From Octopus sinensis (taxonomy: Eukaryota), in NCBI RefSeq assembly GCF_006345805.1, contig NW_021823903.1, forward strand, positions 1 to 20,803: a DNA stretch of 20,803 nt. Direction: 5' to 3'. Shown one piece after another: positions 17,816 to 20,803 of the stretch (the stretch's first letter is position 1; each line of letters starts with the position of its first letter). The translations under genes were made by a program, and so were the position numbers. The notes under the pieces were generated by a model that was not told the DNA's origin, did not search any database, and was given only the letters and a program-made list of their open reading frames with translations.

Positions 17816-17989
17816 CGGTATTTCGTCTGCCGTTACGTTCTGAGTTCAAATTCCACCGAGTTCGACTTTGCCTTTCATCCTTTCGAAGTCAATAAATTAA
17901 GCACCAATTACGTACATGGGTCGATCTAATTGACTGTCCCCACCTCCTCAAAAATTTCGGGCCTTGTGCCAAGAGTAAAAAAGAATATT
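17816..17989 (+). mobile_element. SINE-B (tail type 2), 5'-truncated at the same head position as the array units
   Basis: Homology begins at CGGTATTTCGTCTGCCG. Tail AAAATTTCGGGCCTTGTGCCAAGAGTAAAA. Confidence 0.85.
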
Positions 17990-18002
17990 TTCAAAGAGCA
18001 AT

Positions 18003-18147
18003 GACCTGGCAGAATTGTTAGCGCGCCGGACAAAATGCTTAGCGCCATTTCGCCCGTCTTAATGTTCTGAGCTCAAATTCCGCCGAGGTCGATTTTGCCT
18101 TTCAGCCTTTCGGGGTCAATAAAAATAAGTACCAGTTGTAATCGACT
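18003..18147 (+). mobile_element. SINE-B 5' half, diverged
   Basis: CTGGCAGAATTGTTAGCGCGCCGG...CTCAAATTCCGCCGAGGTCGATTTTGCCTTTCA. Confidence 0.8.
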
Positions 18148-18164
18148 TCCTGCGGTTGGTGCAC

Positions 18165-18298
18165 ATTTACAGCTTAGTAAACTGGGACAACGTTGAATGA
18201 CGTACCTTGCCCAAGGACACAATGCGTCTGGCTGGTTCAGGAATTGAAACCGTGACCTTATGATCGTTAGCTGATACAGTAGCCACTAGACCAAGCCC
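18165..18298 (-). mobile_element. Degenerate D/E-type SINE head and central block
   Basis: CCTTGCCCAAGGACACAA...GGAATTGAAACC..GATCG...AGCCACTAGACCA parallels 7560-7665 and 14025-14135. Confidence 0.55.
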
Positions 18299-18589
18299 CT
18301 TCACAGCAAAAAGACTAAACTGTCGATGGTCAATCTTTCCTAGAGGTCGAAGCGCTATCATAAGTAATGTTATTTAGTTTTATCCATCGCGGTTCAAATC
18401 AAGCTGGAGCATCACAAAATCGGAGCCACTAAGTGAACATTCAGCCTACTGACAGTCGTAACCCATATTGCCACTGCTGGAACGGCCATGCTCATAAATC
18501 TGCTTGATTTGAATTAACCATGGGTCAAACACATCTTCCATAAAATAAAATTGTTGTTATATATTGAAGCTTTTCGCCATCACAGCGTA

Positions 18590-18631
18590 TGGTATTGTTG
18601 CCACCACCACTGGCGGCGGTGCTAATAGTAG

Positions 18632-18663
<32 letters not shown>

Positions 18664-18783
18664 CTGCTGCTGCTGGAGGGTTTGTTGTTGTTGTTGTTGT
18701 TGTTGGTAGTGGTGGTGGTGGAAATGGAGGTATTGTTGTTGTTGCTGGTGGTGGTGATGTTGTTGGTGGTGGTGATGTTGTTG

Positions 18784-18839
<56 letters not shown>

Positions 18840-18885
18840 GTTGATGTTGGTGGTGATGCTGGTGGTGCTGGTAGCAGCGATGGCA
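18590..18885. repeat. Mosaic trinucleotide tract (GGT/GTT/GCT/GAT)
   Basis: Direct reading. Stop-poor, so open in several frames. Confidence 0.9.
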
Positions 18886-19464
18886 TTTCTAAAAGTAGCA
18901 CTGATTGAGGTTTAGGTTTCTCTCAACCGATGACGGAATCCTAAAGCTGATATCTTGGAGTGCTAGAAACATCAGCCAAATCTCCGTCATAGCCAACATT
19001 ACTGTCATCAGAAAGGAAGGATTCAATACATAATACAATCCTAAATTCATGCACCATCGATTTCTGTAGTTGTTGTTGTTGTTTATTTCCATGCCAAAAA
19101 GGTTAGCCCTGATCCAGCAGGCCTATAAACAATACTTTCCAACCGTGGCCATCATGTCATCTAAGGTTATGTTGGATTAGATTTAATATTTTATGCGTCC
19201 TACCTTTATTTTTTAAGAAAGTAGTGCACGATTTTATGCAAACATAACTGCTATCTCTAGCACACTGATCGACCACGTAGAGCCCTTCCCCTCGGGGGCC
19301 CGTGTCGGTTCCCAAATGGTAAACCTACTGTAAAAGAGCTCTTTAGCTTTTTCGGGTGGGGTGGTTATTATTATTATTGACACCAAATATTAAGTGTCGT
19401 TTATTATTGTTTCTGCCTCACAAAATACCAAAATGGTGGTGGTGGTGGTTGTGATGGTTGCGTT

Positions 19465-19583
19465 GGTGGTAGTGATGGGTAGGTGGTAGTGATGGGTAGG
19501 TGGTAGTGATGGGTAGGTGGTAGTGATGGGTAGGTGGTAGTGATGGGTAGGTGGTAGTGATGGGTAGGTGGTAGTGATGGGTG
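19465..19583. repeat. 17-bp minisatellite GGTGGTAGTGATGGGTA x7
   Basis: Six perfect units from 19465, plus a seventh with a terminal mismatch. Confidence 0.95.
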
Positions 19584-19773
19584 GGTGGTGGTAGGGGACT
19601 AATTAACGGGGATTCTTAGAAGCTACGGTTCCTTATTCTAAATTTGTTTGATGTTTACATTCTGCACCCTCTCGCCACCACCACCCACGGAGAGATTCGC
19701 ACCAATAGTTCACGGGGTGGGGGAAGGAATTTATTTTTAGATTTAAATCGTTTCGCTTCTTTTAGTTTTACTT

Positions 19774-20261
19774 CTTCTTTTTCTTCTTCTTCTTCTTCTT
19801 CTTCTTCTTCTTCTTCTTCTTCTTCTTCTTCTTCTTCTTCTTCTTCTTCTTCTTCTTCTTCGTCTTCTCCAAAATGCTTGGACGTGAATAAAATCTGAAA
19901 ATCCCCGTTTTTCTCGTCATCATCACGATCGATATCGATTTCGTAGTCGTGATCCATCATCCTCATCATCGTCGTCATCATCATTGTCATCGCTATCATC
20001 ATCATCATCATCATCATCACCACCATCACCGTCACATCACCAGCATCATCATTACCATCATCAACATCATCATCGTCATTATCATCAATGTTTATAGGAT
20101 ACAGAAATGACTGTATCCCCATGAATAATCTTCGATCAGACGGTGAACCTTTTAGTAATAGTAGTGGTGGTGGTGGTGGTGGTGGTGGTGGTCGTCGTCG
20201 TCGTCGTAGTAGTAGTAGTAGTAGTAGTAGTGGAGGTGGTGGTGGTGGTAGTAGTAGTAGA

Positions 20262-20310
<49 letters not shown>

Positions 20311-20330
20311 TCAGAAGCAGCAGCAGCAGT
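19774..20330. repeat. Cluster of trinucleotide microsatellites: (TTC)n, (ATC)n, (GGT/GTC/GTA)n
   Basis: Direct reading: about 19774-19868, 19915-20085 and 20157-20330. Confidence 0.92.
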
Positions 20331-20721
20331 GTCTTTGAATGAACGAAGTACATAGAAGCGTAGCAGAGAAATTTTTCTTTACAAAACAAAACAAAAAAAA
20401 AATAACATCCACAACACCAATAAACAACAACAAAAACGATAACAAAAACATCAAGCAGAGCAACCCCAGCGCGAACACCAGTCGGCAGATTGCGGGTTAG
20501 AAGTCGCTGCAACAGAAGCGGTGTTTGATATCAAATTAAATGTTTGTTTTTCTTTTTCATTTACCCTCAAAAAGCTCATAATTCACAATTAAATGGCGGT
20601 CGGCCATAGAGAACTAAGTTTCGCTTCCAGATAATCCCGCTGTTTTCCTTTTAAGTTCTTTGCTAATGGTATTTACAGGTCATTCCAAAGTGTCGACAGC
20701 AGAGGCCTTGTGTGGTCCGAG

Positions 20722-20728
20722 TCTCTCA

Positions 20729-20793
<65 letters not shown>

Positions 20794-20803
20794 CCTCTCT
20801 CTC
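20722..20803. repeat. (CT)n microsatellite running to the window end
   Basis: Direct reading. Confidence 0.95.

Noticed and set aside
18557-18915. Poly-P/T, poly-G/V and poly-H/Q ORFs resembling a low-complexity transcription-factor exon
   Set aside because: Open in several frames only because GGT/GTT repeats lack stops. Flanking frames close quickly and no splice signals or domain are recognisable.
19655-20512. 285-aa minus-strand ORF with a TM-like stretch and poly-L/D/M/E runs
   Set aside because: Built from consecutive microsatellites. The hydrophobic segment derives from (TTG)-like low-complexity DNA, and the start codon is non-ATG.

Overview
AT-rich eukaryotic non-coding DNA made almost entirely of interspersed repeats and microsatellites. 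From recall, not a search, the SINE families resemble those of octopus (coleoid cephalopod) genomes, so the window is probably intronic or intergenic octopus DNA. I can support no intact protein-coding gene: nearly all ORFs in the track are read-throughs of (TG)n, (TATG)n, (CT)n or trinucleotide repeats. Contents: (i) several tRNA-headed SINE families (my labels A-E), including a six-unit head-to-tail array and a heterodimer of family B that share one exact junction; (ii) three decayed non-LTR retrotransposon 3' ends (R4/Dong-like with restriction-like endonuclease, one with three C2H2 fingers, and RTE-like), two of which converge on one (ATAC)n tract; (iii) three non-autonomous DNA transposons with GGATC termini and 8-bp target-site duplications (Merlin-like), one hAT-like MITE, a Helitron and a Helentron-type element; (iv) a minimal type I hammerhead ribozyme motif in a probable Penelope-type terminal repeat; (v) an unexplained diverged ~143-bp duplicate. 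Family names are pattern-based and need database confirmation.
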